Shown: positions 22,094-34,380, counted from the stretch's first letter. The stretch is DNA of 37,161 nucleotides from Nemertoderma westbladi (GCA_032718475.1 JAUCBJ010006170.1:1-37161); one strand, 5' to 3'. Notes: a model not told the origin generated them from the letters alone. A program made the numbers and translations.

Positions 22094-25000
22094 GTCAAAA
22101 CAGTCAATGTACCAATAAGAATGAATAAATGCAACATTGTCACAACATTAACTAGAGCGTATTACAAGGAATTTCTTTTTTGTGGTTTCTTACATGCTTT
22201 TAGTGATGTAGTCATGGTACTTCGAGTAATACTCCTAGAACGATTGATCCTCTACTACTTGAAAGTGGATACCAACATTTCACGGGATATGGCATTGCTA
22301 GATTGCGGAATAATTGCCATTGCATCAATTATATCAGCAATCGTCATGACTAATTCTACATTTTACTTTACATTGTTGTGTACAAAACTGAGAGTTGGAT
22401 GTAGTTGTCTCATATACAGAAAACTCTTAACATTAAACACCATGGAAATTCAAGAAACCACAATTGGACTTTACACAAATTTATTGTCATCAGATGTTGG
22501 GAGATTTGACGACATTGCAATCCTCGGAACAAATGTAATTGCGGCACCGGTTGTAATTGTTCTCAGCGTTCCTCTAATGTATTACTATTTGGAATTTTCT
22601 GGAATATTTGGGATGTTCCTAGTAATTTTGATAGTTCCCTTGAGTTTGAGTCTCGCCAAGATGTTTTCTAATCTACGGAGTAAGGCAGAATTGTTAACTG
22701 ACAGACGTATCACACTGCTAAGTGAAATCTTGGTTGGCATAAAAGCTGTTAAAGCCTATGCATGGGAGGATCTTTTTGGGAAAGTTTTAGAAGAAGTACG
22801 GACCAAAGAATTCTCCCAAATCTGTAAAATAATGTATTGTCATTCATTCTACACGGGATTACACTTTGCCTACATCACCTTAGTTTTATTTTGCATTTTC
22901 GTACTTCATACATCGCTTGGGTATAAATTCGATATTATTATACTTATTAGTGTAACAATTATTCTAGCCAACTTAATTAACTCTGTGTCTAGTTTTGGTG
23001 TCGCACTGCGTCAATTAGGTGAATTACATGCGGTTACACAAAGATTAGATAAATTGGTCGGTTTTACTTGTAATCTTAACAACGTTGCGGAATGTAACAA
23101 TGATCTGAAATCATCAAAAAAAGCCCACCCATCTGATATATATCTGAATGCAATAAATATTTCTACAAGACGCTCAAATACCAATGGATATGTTATACAT
23201 GATGTTTCAATCCAAGTTAATTTTGGTGAGATAGTATATGTGATAGGGGCGGTTGGTTCTGGAAAGACGACATTACTGCAAGCTTTGCTAGGTGAGTTGC
23301 CTTTAGAAAAAGGGTTTATTAACAAGTGTGGGAAACTTGCTTATGTATCACAGACCCCATTCATATTTTCAGGAACATTAAGAGAAAACATATTACTGGG
23401 ACATTCTTTTGAAGTAGGGTGGTATGAAGAAGTTATTGATATGTGTTGTTTGACACTGGATCTTTTGCTCTTTACAGAAGGTGATAATACATTGGTTGGA
23501 GAGAAAGGTATCTCATTGTCTGGAGGTCAAAAGGCACGTATTTCTCTAGCAAGAGCCGTTTACTCCAAAGCCAATATATATCTCATGGATGATCCCATTG
23601 CGGCTGTTGATAGCAGTGTTGCAAATAAATTGTTTGATAACTGCATAAGGCATTGTCAATCTACGGGCATTGTCATTATGACCACTCATCTTTTGAAAAT
23701 GATTCCTCAAAATTCAAAAATTGTGTCATTCTATAATGGTGATGTAGTCGTTCCCATGAAATTAAAGGAAAAAAATCACTTGAATTCATTGAAAACTTTT
23801 GAAAGTCATTTAGATATGACTGTTTCCCATGCTGGATCTTTACAAGATAATATTGGGGCTGATGTAATATTAGATAAATTTTCTACTCATGATAATAAAG
23901 ATACATGGAAGGATTTTCAAATGTACATTAAGGCTGGAATAACTATTCCACCAATTTTCACTTTCGTATTAACAATCATTTTTACATATGTTCTCATTAC
24001 ATTAACAGACTATTGGTTGGCAACTTGGGCATTGCAGTCTTCATTATCATCACAACTAAACAATAATGCAACTGATCAAAATATCATTACACAATTTATT
24101 AGACGCAGAAATTGGAATTCTATGATACTCTTGTATGCTTTCCTTGTGTTCACCTTTTTGCTCTGTTATACATTTAACATATTTACCTTTTATGGAGTTC
24201 TTCTGACATCGTCTCAGAATTTACACAGCCGAATTTTCAAGCGTGTGTTGAGAGCGCCAATGAAATTTTTCGAGGAAAATGCAGTGGGGGGAATATTAAA
24301 TAGATTTTCAAAAGACTTGGGAATAATGGACAACCTTCTCCCTGATTTATCTGCGGATGTTATGCATTCTCTTTGCCGAACTTTACTCGTTGTCATATTT
24401 TGTGGAATTACAAATCCATGGACTTTGCTTGTTGCCCTTCCAATGTTAGTGGTTGTTACCTGGCTCCGAATTTATGCAGTGAAAAGCCTGAAACAAGTTA
24501 AATTCCTGGAAGGTATGTTAAGGAATCCAGTTTACCAGCATGTATCAGATACCATCGAGGGAAGGGATGTTATTAGAGCTTTTAATGTTCAGGATATTTA
24601 TGCCAAACGTTTCTTTGATCATTTAGATAATCATACAGAAGCATGGTTTATGATTAATGCCTTGTATTGCTTCCTGACTTTGTGTGTAACCATTATTTAC
24701 ACAATATTTACTATGTTGGTATTAGTGGTATCTTTGTATATGGACAGTTTCGTATCCAGACAGGTGCTGTGTTTATCAATATCATATCTTTTTTCATTAT
24801 CAAATTATCTAATATTCTTATTAAAAGCAGCAGCTATAGTTGAAATAAATTTTACATCAGTTGAAAGATTTCTCCAATACTCTGAATTGAATCAAGAAGA
24901 TACTTGGCATCATGCTGATATGGAACTGCCAACATATTGGCCGAACTCTGGTGTTGTTTCATTCAAAAATGTTAAACTTTCTTATGGTGAATACGAGGTT

Positions 25001-25714
25001 TTGCATGGAATCAACTTTGTATCCAAACCTTTTGAGAAGATTGGAATTGTTGGCCGAACTGGGGCTGGAAAATCGTCACTGTTTTCTGTTTTACTCCGCC
25101 TTGTTGAATCGCAAGGAATTATCTCTATAGATGATGTCGACATAACCAAAATAGGATTACACGATTTACGAAGGTCTGTTGCCGTTATTCCGCAAGATCC
25201 TGTTCTATTTCAAGGAACTTTAGGCTACAATCTAGACCCTTTTAATGAGTATACTAGTGAAGCAATCAGAGCTGCATTAGACAATGTTCAACTAAAATTA
25301 TCATTGGAGGCAAGACTAAAGGGCAATTCAGGTTATGGATCAATAAAGCATCCTTGTGATGAAAAAGTCGATATCTTAGAATTTGAAGTTGAAAGTCGCG
25401 GCTATAATTTGAGTGTTGGGGAGAAGCAGTTGGTTTGTTTGGCCAGAGCGATGCTAAGAGGCAGCCGTGTTATTCTAATTGACGAGGCAACTTCGTCAAT
25501 TGATCAGTTTACAGAGGAACTTATTCAGAAAGCTATCACTGAGAATTTAATTAACTCAACTGTTTTAACAATAGCCCATCGTATTAATACAATCATAAAT
25601 AGTGATCGAATATTAGTTATGAATGAAGGAGATGTTGCTGAGTTTGAAGATCCAAAAGTGTTACTTAACAACCAAAACAGTTTGTTAAATTCATTTGTGA
25701 ATACAAATAAATAA
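22094..25714 (+). CDS. ABCC4: ABCC4/MRP4-like transporter gene B, coding exon 2 (TMD1-NBD1-TMD2-NBD2; full protein 1275 aa, no TMD0)
   Basis: 1206 codons plus stop. NBD1 has GAVGSGKT/LSGGQ/IYLMDD (the degenerate Walker B typical of ABCC). NBD2 has GRTGAGKS/IPQDP/LSVGE/ILIDEAT/IAHR. Two hydrophobic transmembrane blocks. Confidence 0.96.
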   Translation, partial: VKTVNVPIRMNKCNIVTTLTRAYYKEFLFCGFLHAFSDVVMVLRVILLERLILYYLKVDTNISRDMALLDCGIIAIASIISAIVMTNSTFYFTLLCTKLRVGCSCLIYRKLLTLNTMEIQETTIGLYTNLLSSDVGRFDDIAILGTNVIAAPVVIVLSVPLMYYYLEFSGIFGMFLVILIVPLSLSLAKMFSNLRSKAELLTDRRITLLSEILVGIKAVKAYAWEDLFGKVLEEVRTKEFSQICKIMYCHSFYTGLHFAYITLVLFCIFVLHTSLGYKFDIIILISVTIILANLINSVSSFGVALRQLGELHAVTQRLDKLVGFTCNLNNVAECNNDLKSSKKAHPSDIYLNAINISTRRSNTNGYVIHDVSIQVNFGEIVYVIGAVGSGKTTLLQALLGELPLEKGFINKCGKLAYVSQTPFIFSGTLRENILLGHSFEVGWYEEVIDMCCLTLDLLLFTEGDNTLVGEKGISLSGGQKARISLARAVYSKANIYLMDDPIAAVDSSVANKLFDNCIRHCQSTGIVIMTTHLLKMIPQNSKIVSFYNGDVVVPMKLKEKNHLNSLKTFESHLDMTVSHAGSLQDNIGADVILDKFSTHDNKDTWKDFQMYIKAGITIPPIFTFVLTIIFTYVLITLTDYWLATWALQSSLSSQLNNNATDQNIITQFIRRRNWNSMILLYAFLVFTFLLCYTFNIFTFYGVLLTSSQNLHSRIFKRVLRAPMKFFEENAVGGILNRFSKDLGIMDNLLPDLSADVMHSLCRTLLVVIFCGITNPWTLLVALPMLVVVTWLRIYAVKSLKQVKFLEGMLRNPVYQHVSDTIEGRDVIRAFNVQDIYAKRFFDHLDNHTEAWFMINALYCFLTLCVTIIYTIFTMLVLVVSLYMDSFVSRQVLCLSISYLFSLSNYLIFLLKAAAIVEINFTSVERFLQYSELNQEDTWHHADMELPTYWPNSGVVSFKNVKLSYGEYEVLHGINFVSKPFEKIGIVGRTGAGKSSLFSVLLRLVESQGIISIDDVDITKIGLHDLRRSVAVIPQDPVLFQGTLGYNLDPFNEYTSEAIRAALDNVQLKLSLEARLKGNSGYGSIKHPCDEKVDILEFEVESRGYNLSVGEKQLVCLARAMLRGSRVILIDEATSSIDQFTEELIQKAITENLINSTVLTIAHRINTIINSDRILVMNEGDVAEFEDPKVLLNNQNSLLNSFVNTNK

Positions 25715-25921
25715 AGTCGTCTAAATATTAGAAGTGTGTATTGTAATTTACAAAGTGAACCCGACGTATCATTCTTGTCTAGGTGACATCCATTGAATTT
25801 GAGTTGCCGTCAGTTAGAGACCAGCATTGACTCCCATATAGCTGCAGTACAGTACTAGTTCTACTGCTGTTTTATATAGTCGATCCTTCAAGTTTAAAAC
25901 ACTGGTGGCGGGTACCCTGAT

Positions 25922-25952
25922 AATAAATCTGACTCTACAAATATGGAATAAA
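25922..25952 (+). terminator. Candidate polyadenylation signals of gene B
   Basis: AATAAA at 25922 and 25947, ~210-240 nt after the stop, followed by a T-rich tract (~25958-26030). AATAAA also overlaps the stop codon (25706-25715). The AT-rich background weakens the call. Confidence 0.4.
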
Positions 25953-26329
25953 GAAGATTTTTATATATTTAATGTTTATTTATTTTTATTACTATTTATC
26001 GATTTTTAATGATTTTCAATTGAAGTTTTAATTCATTTAATACGCCTGTCACCGGTACATTAATTATACTAAATTATCTATCAATAAAACAGGGGTGATT
26101 TCATTTTACAACACTTTTATGTGAAAAAGTTAAGTGTAAGAGGTAAATTGAACGACAATAAATGAAATTCAGTTTTTTTAGATGAGGAATAAATTTTAGT
26201 TGCAAAAAGTTAGTGAAAAAAACATTTAATTTAGTAGAAAAATAAATTGATTTAGTGGCCAATAAAATGAATGCACATTAAATATACCTTTAATTAAATT
26301 TAACTCGTACTGTATTATTTAATACAGCG

Positions 26330-26612
26330 TTTTCTTATCACCTCTTAAGCCAGGATTTCACTTAAATTATGACGATTTTCCGTTGCCCCCCCCCCCCCCC
26401 CCCCAGGACTGTTCTCCCAGAATTTCGCTACCATTTAAGGATACAAATTCGTAAATGCTGCAGATATGCGCCCTGACTAATCCCTTTAAAGCATTAATGG
26501 CGAAACTAAACGACTTCCCTGGCCAACATACGGGGATCGAACCCGCGACCTCTGGAACCAGAGATATGAATTCAAGGCAAGGACTAAACCAGTACGCCAA
26601 GGTGGAACCTAA
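26330..26612 (-). mobile_element. tRNA-derived SINE (family 2)
   Basis: TGGCGTACTGG A-box-like and GGTTCGATCCC B box. The body (AATGCTTTAAAGGG...CAGGGCGCAT) is shared with 34381-34662. Confidence 0.75.
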
Positions 26613-27414
26613 GGATATAAAATTATTCAAGTTCAAAATAAAATGGCAAAAGCATTAACAGAACCAGAAAAATGCATTACTAACGGATAGGATAAGTAAG
26701 TAATGTTCTGCATACAGAATATAATAGCAAGACTGACTGCTTACTCCTGCTACTGCAACAATGCCTACTGATTGATGACTGCACTAGGCCTATTATAATT
26801 AATAAATGAACTTCTATGCTTCACGTGGCACCGCCTGTTCCGTGGAGTTTCCAAACTGCTACATAGTTAGCACAATTAACTATGGCGTGAGTTTTCTTTA
26901 AATGACATAATTTCGGCTCGTACTCTACTTACTAACTTTCTTCAGAAAGATAGAGGTGAATTTCGTGGGGCGGGTGGTAAAACTTCAAATTTTCTCAAAA
27001 TTAATGTTTTGAGTGAATCGGGTATAAAATTGACTTTCCCTCCTTTCTACCAAAGGATCGATCAGTGATCATAAAATAACAGTGTATAGGAGTTATTTGC
27101 AAATTTTCAGTTGTCCTAAGTTAAGGCTACGGATGGGAAAACGTCCTAACTTAAGGTGCGTGGTAAATGGTAAGTTGTCCTAAGTCGAATAAAACTAATT
27201 ACATAAGTGATAGTACGTTTGTGAAGTTGAAGGTCAGTCCAAACAGGTAGTAACTATCCATTACTAAAAATAGGCAGTATTTTTACTGAGTGGCTTTAGT
27301 GATTCCGGAGAGAGGAATGTAACAATGTTTAGTATTATCTGAGATTATCTAAAATATTCAATCGAATTATACATTCAGGAAAATGCCATGAGGAACCATC
27401 ATTCCTATCCAACA

Positions 27415-30400
27415 GGGCATTATTGAAAAGTCATTTCTGGTAACGCACGGAATATGAACGCTCCTTTGTTCGTTTTTGTTCGCTTAAATTGATATTTTTG
27501 TATTACCAAGTTGATGAAATTATTCTATATCACTAACTAATTAATTTTTCATTTTTATTTTCAGTCCTAACATTATATTAATGGAAATAATTCAATATTT
27601 AGTTTCGGTAACGCACGGATTGAACTTTGACAAAAAAAATAGACCAAAATGGTAATCTCAATATCATTCGAGTTCCCCTACTAAACTGGTTTAAAAATTG
27701 TGTACTGGTAGAGCAATAACCCATCTAACTGCTCCATTAATTTTAACGATCAAAGTCAAAGAGAAAGTGGAAAACTTTCAATTTTACTAAATGTGGCTCC
27801 CGTAACGCACGGAAAGTAACGCACGGATAATATTTGGAGTTCAAAATTTCTCAATATCAAATGATGGACAGCACTAATTACGTGCCATATGATGGATAAA
27901 TTAACAAAATTAATGTAGTATAAAATGATATATTTCTTCAGACACCCATTCAACTATTAGAAAGCCATTTAAACGAAACTGCTCCTCAAAATGTACCCTG
28001 AATAATTACTACTGTAGTAAAGTTATATATTAACTGATATGGTTTACACTGGGCTTCTACAGTCAGTATGTATGCAAGCCTTTATGGTTAATTAACAATA
28101 AACCATAATAATCCTATAGGCTATGGAAGAGCGCTGGACTATACTGTAGACTGTAGCGACAGTCTAAAAGAAAGAAACAAATTAAATACATTCATTAGTC
28201 TTAATGATACAGTATAACATTCATAGTATCGAGTGTTTAACAGAGCAAGTTATGTTTCCTTCATTTTATATGTTCATATGTTTCCTTCATATGTTTCCAA
28301 GTTACCTTCATTGATTGAATCAATTATTCTGCAACCAATATATAATTTAATTTTTTAGACATATTTCAGTTTTTTTGCCGGACTAACAAAATTTTGATAT
28401 TTGATAGACAGTTTCGTTATTATTAATTAATAATAGGATAGGTTCGTTATTATCAAAAAATTATTACTTTTAATAAACTGTTACCAACTGAAATATAACT
28501 AAATAACACGACGTACTTTTTTTAACAAATACTGGATGCAAACATATTAACAAAAAACACTAACTGAAGGCCTATTTCAAATTAAAATCAGAGAAGTTGA
28601 CGTCAAATTTGTACACACCTCGTCGTGAAGGAGGCGGAGAAGGTAGTAGACCTGAAATTGATTTGTAATTCTCAGTATACTCATCCGGAACGGCTGGGTA
28701 AGTGAAACCAATTTCCCCATGAAATGTGATATGTTTTCGCAGAAATCGCAAGGTGAAGTCCTGAGAATCTACTTTATCCTCTGCAGATACAATATTGCCA
28801 ACACAATATAATTTTCGGCCCTCCTCTGGCTGAAATTCGACCAAAGCAAATCTTCCTGGAACAATTTCCTTCAGGAAAGGATATCTCAGAACGTTTGGAA
28901 TCTCAGGACTCCAAATAACAGTTTCATCAAATTCGACCACAGTTTCATTACATTCATTATCATCAATATAGTTAACATCCACCTCACCATTAACTAAAAT
29001 CGATTTGATGGCGATCGGTTTCTCATTATTACCACCAACAACAGAGCTGTTATAGTGGCTAAACTGATAAAACATAATCTCACTTGGTGCGAAAACAACC
29101 TGATGTACTTTCAATGTATTCTTAATTGCTGAATTGGGCGACAAGACGAGAAATCGACCTTCTCCTGAAACTCCCGGACGGCTTCCCGATCAATATACCG
29201 GTACTCTATTTCGATGTTCAGGCTCTCTAAGTTAGATGCAAAATTTGCAAAATGTTTGGCACTATCGATTACAACTAAATCACTGACCACTCGACGCGTC
29301 GACGGTAAACAGCTCGCTTCACTAGACCGCCCACACCATCATCCGGTCCCTTGAAGTGATGCGCTTCTCCGAAGTTCCAAAACTTCTCATCCGCCATTGA
29401 GTAGTTTGTTTCGAACAAATGAAAGGCATACTGTGATCTAAACTGCGCAGTACAGCCATCACTCCAGAAATGAATTGTTCGAAATGGAATTACACGGTTA
29501 CTATTTAACTTAGAAATGATAGCCTGGGATAGTGGTGCAGCGTACCTACCACTCTACCAGTACTTCATTACACAACTGAGAATGGTATATCAGTATATGG
29601 TAACTTGAATTTGAATACATAATACATTACAATAATTTAATACATTACTGCATTATGGGGCATTAGCCTAATCTAATAGTACCAGCTGCCAGCAGACCAG
29701 TAGTCAATAATAGTCATACTCATAGTTCAGTAGTTACATTTTGTTTTTGTTCGCCTACACTATACTATACTACTTTTGTAGGCATGTACAACCTGTACCA
29801 GTATGAGCCTAGGCCTAGATTACCCTAAAAACAGTCCTTTGGTCCCAGTTGGATAGGCTGGCCTGCAGGTATTAAGTAGCTTTTCTAACTAATTGTCAGT
29901 GTACCGGTATAGACTGGACCTAATACAGTGTACAGTGTATAATGAAAAGGCTAGGCTTGAATGTTGTAAGCGTCGACTTACTCTACATACACAACACAAT
30001 CATGTCATACTGTATGTCATACCGGTCTGCCGGTACAATATTACATTGGTCATCATTCCTCATTTACATCCAAGAGGGTCAAAAGAAATTTAATAGTAAC
30101 GCACGGAATTGATAATATGTAAGTATGTAACGCACGGAACTGACAATATGTAACGCATGGAATAACTTTGACGTCCAAATTCGGTACAAAGAAACCCGAA
30201 AATGATAACACAACCAAATAGGGAGGGATCAAAATGCTCAAAACCCGAACTTTTAAAAGTTTGAAGTCACTAATCCAATTGGAAGAATCAAAAAAATAAA
30301 CTTTTGTACAAAAAAAGTAACGCACGGAAAGTAACGGACAGAATCGAACAGGGGGTGCTAGAACTCCTATTTCTAACGGGATACACAAGGAATGGATAGT

Positions 30401-30693
30401 GCAGATCGATTCCTTACCACTCAAAACATGGGGTTTCAAAAAAACCGCACACAAAAAGGACGATTATTAAGCATTTTAATGGAAGTTAATTTGCACTTCT
30501 TAAGATTTTTTTTGCGGCATGTTGCACGACACATTTTTAAAGTTTATCAAATTTATTGAAGGATCCAATAACGTTAGTTTAAACGCAACAAAATATGTGA
30601 TTTAATATATGCTTTACACAATAGCACAAAAAAAATCGGAAAATTGAAACATTTTTTTGAAGTGAAAAATGTTACACCTTTTCAATAATGCCC
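27415..30693 (-). mobile_element. Degenerate Sola2-like DNA transposon
   Basis: Perfect 16-bp TIRs GGGCATTATTGAAAAG (27415-27430) / CTTTTCAATAATGCCC (30678-30693), 4-bp TSD AACA on both sides, eight GTAACGCAYGGA subterminal motifs and an internal transposase remnant. Superfamily inferred from GRG termini, 4-bp TSD and motif recall. Confidence 0.75.
28572..29490 (-). pseudogene. Broken DDD-type transposase of the Sola2-like element
   Basis: Hand translation of 29490-29300 gives IHFWSDGCTAQFRSQY...WNFGEAHHFKGPDDGVGGLVKRAVYR. Stops/frameshifts follow, then the 190-aa ORF (IKNTLKVHQV...FTYPAVPD...RRGVYKF). The N-terminal part is missing. Confidence 0.72.
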
Positions 30694-31106
30694 AACATTA
30701 ATCATTAAATTAAACAATCATTAAATTAAATTAAACATTAATCGTACTTCAAACTACAACACTATGTACAACATAATTATTTTTCTCTTTTCTGTTGATA
30801 AATCACTCCTGTCGATTTTTTTTTTTAATTTTCTGTCAGTTTTTTTGAGGTTTTTTAACAGTTTTTTGCCAGTTTTATTTCAGTTTTGAAGTCCTGTACC
30901 AGAGTGCCAGATAATTAATAAATAGGCTTACAACTGCTGTATTGCAATATGTATTGATTCTAAATGTCATATATACCGGTAATGTAATTAATATGGTAAT
31001 TTATAAACTATAATTACATTTTCATAATTTTGACAATTTTGATAGTATGTAGCATGTCTTTTAAATGGCCTACTCTGCAACCTGTTTCACATATTCATAT
31101 AACTTA

Positions 31107-31809
31107 ATCGTTTATTGTTATGGTCAGAAAAGCCTGTCCATGTAACCTGTTCCTTTCCCTAAATTTGCATTGTTATCGAAATGGTTTATTGCTTTGGTTA
31201 GAAAAATTGACCTCTGTATCCTTCCCGCTTTCCATTGTAGCCTAGATGTTTTATAGTATTGGATAGAAAAGCCTGGCCCTGTAACCTGCCCCTTTCCCTG
31301 TTCCCTGTTAGAAAAGTGTGTTCCTGGAACCTGCTATTTTCCGTGTTTTGTTAAAGAAATCGTTTATTTTTTTGGTTAAAAGAGCTTGCCTCTGTAACCA
31401 CTAACCTGCCCCTTTCCCTGTATTGTTGACGTATCATTTATTGTTTTGGTTAGAAAAGCTTGTCCCTTAACCTGCTGCTTTCCGTGTATTGTTTACGAGA
31501 TCGTTTATTGCTTCGGTTAGAAGAACTTGTCTCTGTAACCTGCCCCTTTCCATGCGTTGTAACCGAGAGGTTTTATAGTATTTGATAGAAAAGCACATGG
31601 CCCAGTAGCCTGCTCCTTTCCATGTATTGTTAACGAGATGGTTTATGGTTTTGGTTAAAAGAGCTTGCCTCTGTAACCACTAACGTACCCCTTTCCCTGT
31701 ATTGTTAACGAGATTGTTATGGTTTGAAAAGCGTGTCCCTGTAACCTGCTCCTTGACGTGTATTGTTAACGAAATCGTTTATTGTTTTGGTTAAAAAAGA
31801 CACTGTAAC
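31107..31809. repeat. Degenerate minisatellite, ~65-70 bp unit, about 10 copies
   Basis: Recurring ATCGTTTATTGTTTTGGTTAGAAAAGCTTGTCCCTGTAACCTGCCCCTTTCCCTGTATTGTTAACGAG with many substitutions and indels. Confidence 0.88.
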
Positions 31810-32169
31810 TTTTGAGCTTCTTTCCTTCAATTGGTTACAAGTTTCGGTTTGCTTTGGTTAGTTACTTTAAACCTTAAATTTGAGCGGGGGGGGGGGGGGG
31901 GCATATGGCGCTAGGCCAAAAATGCCCCCGGGAAATTTTGCAGGGGGCCATTTTCATCTGTGATTGTACCGGTTAATAGAGTAATAAGTTGATAAGTTTG
32001 TTAAAATGTCCTATGTTGCATAAATATTGAAGTTGGTAAAACGTCTTGAACTTTGAACTAATTTACAAATTTGACGGAAAAACTCTACAAGGAGGTTATA
32101 TCTATATTTCTGCTATCAGAAAACGATCTAACACCACTGTGTGTTTGTGTTACTTACTCCAATTTTACC

Positions 32170-32930
32170 CGACAGCATGATATTGGCTGTGACAATTACC
32201 GATGTCTCAGATCTAAAATCGCGTTTGTCATCGCTAGAAAATCATGTCTACAACTCTGCCGTGGGTACCGATAATTAACGAACCTCTCTTCATGATTCTA
32301 ACGCCCAGATGGGCAAGTCTTTCAACTGCTTCTGTGAATCGTGTTACTACAGCTACTTGTACCAGTTCTCCTTACAGGACCAACTCGAGCTGCAATCGAA
32401 TCGACAGGAACACCTAAGTCGATTTGGATGAGTCTCAACATACTGCTTCTTGGGCTTCGGAGGTTGAAAGCAGACCTAGGAGCTGCACAGTCGTTGCCTC
32501 GGCCCGTGAATCCGATATGTTGTCGGATGAATGACTTGTGGATTTCCAGCAAGTTCCCCTTCGGCATCTATCACGAAAAAGTGCACGAAATTAAGTTCCA
32601 AAGTCTTTTAACAACTGTACCCGCCCGCAGGGCTAGTAGAACAGTAGTGCAGTAGTACAGTAGCACAGGTGCAGGTACTGCATTCCGAGGGGTGAAGCGC
32701 TTTCACCAAGTGTTTGCATCCCGCATTGACCCTAGTGAAACCGCTGAAAACCTGCAGAGCCATATTGAAACTGCATTCGGTATAAATATGGATAAGTGTG
32801 TTCAGATCGCCACTCGCAAAAACTTTAATAATTAATATGTTATGATGTGCGCACAGGTGGCAGCCGAGAAAACTACTGAGCGATTCTAGTCTACCCCTTT
32901 GGCTCGTAAATGTGGTCACGCACTACTAGT
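32170..32930 (+). mobile_element. Decayed LINE ORF1-like remnant
   Basis: Fragments DVSDLKSRLSSLENHV (coiled-coil-like) and VFASRIDPSETAENLQSHIETAFG...CVQIATRK (from 32710; resembles the RRM-like ORF1 of non-LTR elements), broken by stops and frameshifts. Confidence 0.45.
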
Positions 32931-33169
32931 CGGGTCCATGAAACCCCCGATGAGACAATACGAACTTAAATTCATGCCCTGAACGCAGTCGAAATCAATC
33001 TATTCAGGAGGACTCCAACATTTCCGCTCAGCGGTGTGAGTGAATAATACCAAACCAATAAAGAGTATAATTAAGGGAGTAGCAACAGTGGATGTAATAT
33101 TTGTTAATATTTATTTTGAAATTTGTTAATATAATATTAGTTATTTGCCAAGTTAATGTTGTTTGTTTG

Positions 33170-33757
33170 TCTACTACTAGGATAGGCATGCTGCATTGCA
33201 GCTGGATTTTTAAGAATGCTGTGCCAGCTTATCGACGAAAAATTGCACCGTCACAACTCCCTATCACCCATGACATTTGCTAGATCATCCGCATCTTCAA
33301 GGCCAGTGTCCTAAAGATGCTTTCTCCTCCTTTACCCTTTGGATACAAAACAAATTGTGCCACTACCATGCTATCCACAATTAACTTGCTCTAATGCAGC
33401 GTGCATTAATAATGATATGTCAGATTCTCTACAAAATTGCGCCGCCACAACTCCCTATCCCCTATGAGGATCGCGAAATTATCCGCATCTTCAAGGCCAG
33501 TGTACTTGATGAGGCGTCTTAAGGAAGTCATGGACTGTCCACCATGCTTATTTTCTCCACGGGGGTGCCAAAACACAAGATTGTGCACAGGCTGATCCTC
33601 ACGGCGAAACCAATGTCCTGCAAAGCGGAGGCGGCTCTGTTAAATTGTCAAATTGAGGGGGACCAAAGAGACACCTGTAATAATATATAATGTCTGGTTG
33701 GTTCACTTGTCACAGTGAACCCGATGAAGCATTCTTGTGTACGGTGTGTGTCATCCA
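33170..33757 (-). mobile_element. Two adjacent RTE-like LINE 3' fragments
   Basis: ~33345-33757 encodes YTRMLHRV...RLRFAGH...HNLVFWHP...TGLEDADNFAILIGDRELWR. 33170-33320 is a second, shorter 3' end with a (TAG)n tail. Confidence 0.72.
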
Positions 33758-33984
33758 GAGGCGTACGGGACGGGGGGGGGGGGGGGTGGGGTGGTGGGCA
33801 GGGGGCCAATTTCTAGGGGGCGAAATTACAGGCATAAAGTGGGGCGAAATTTTTGAGCATTAAAGCTTTTTCCAACAGATATTACAACAGATTATATTAC
33901 GCAGAGATGTAGCCACAGTTATAAACCGATCGCGACCGGTAATGTAAAATAGTTAGTTTTATCCAAGTATTATATTGAAAAAAG

Positions 33985-34220
33985 TAGCAGCTTGTTCTAG
34001 TGGTGACATTCCTGGGATTCCAATCAGGAGGCACTGGTTCGATCCCTAGATGGGCTGGTCAGCACTATTTGGGCACAGTGCTGTAAATACTGCAGCCTGG
34101 CTTTAATCCTTAACTGGTCGATAAATGGGAACCAAGGCAAATTGGGAAGATGGGTTTACTGTGGAAGATCACCCATGGTGGTGAACTGGCATTCCTTGGC
34201 TTAACGAACCTAAAAGATTC
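33985..34220 (+). mobile_element. Degenerate tRNA-derived SINE
   Basis: TCTAGTGGT A-box-like and GGTTCGATCCC B box, with downstream GGTCGATAAATGGGAACC resembling the central domain of the 15751-15985 SINE. Ends approximate. Confidence 0.55.
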
Positions 34221-34380
34221 TCCCATTCATATTGTTAAAAAAAAGTTGGATTTAGATGTGCAAAATCTCAACATTGTTTAAAAATTTCCTACTTTCATGC
34301 GTACTATACTTTTGCGTTTTTTAATGACATTTTGAAAGTTTTTACATTGTTACCCTCATTGTTTATCCTCCTTGACCACT

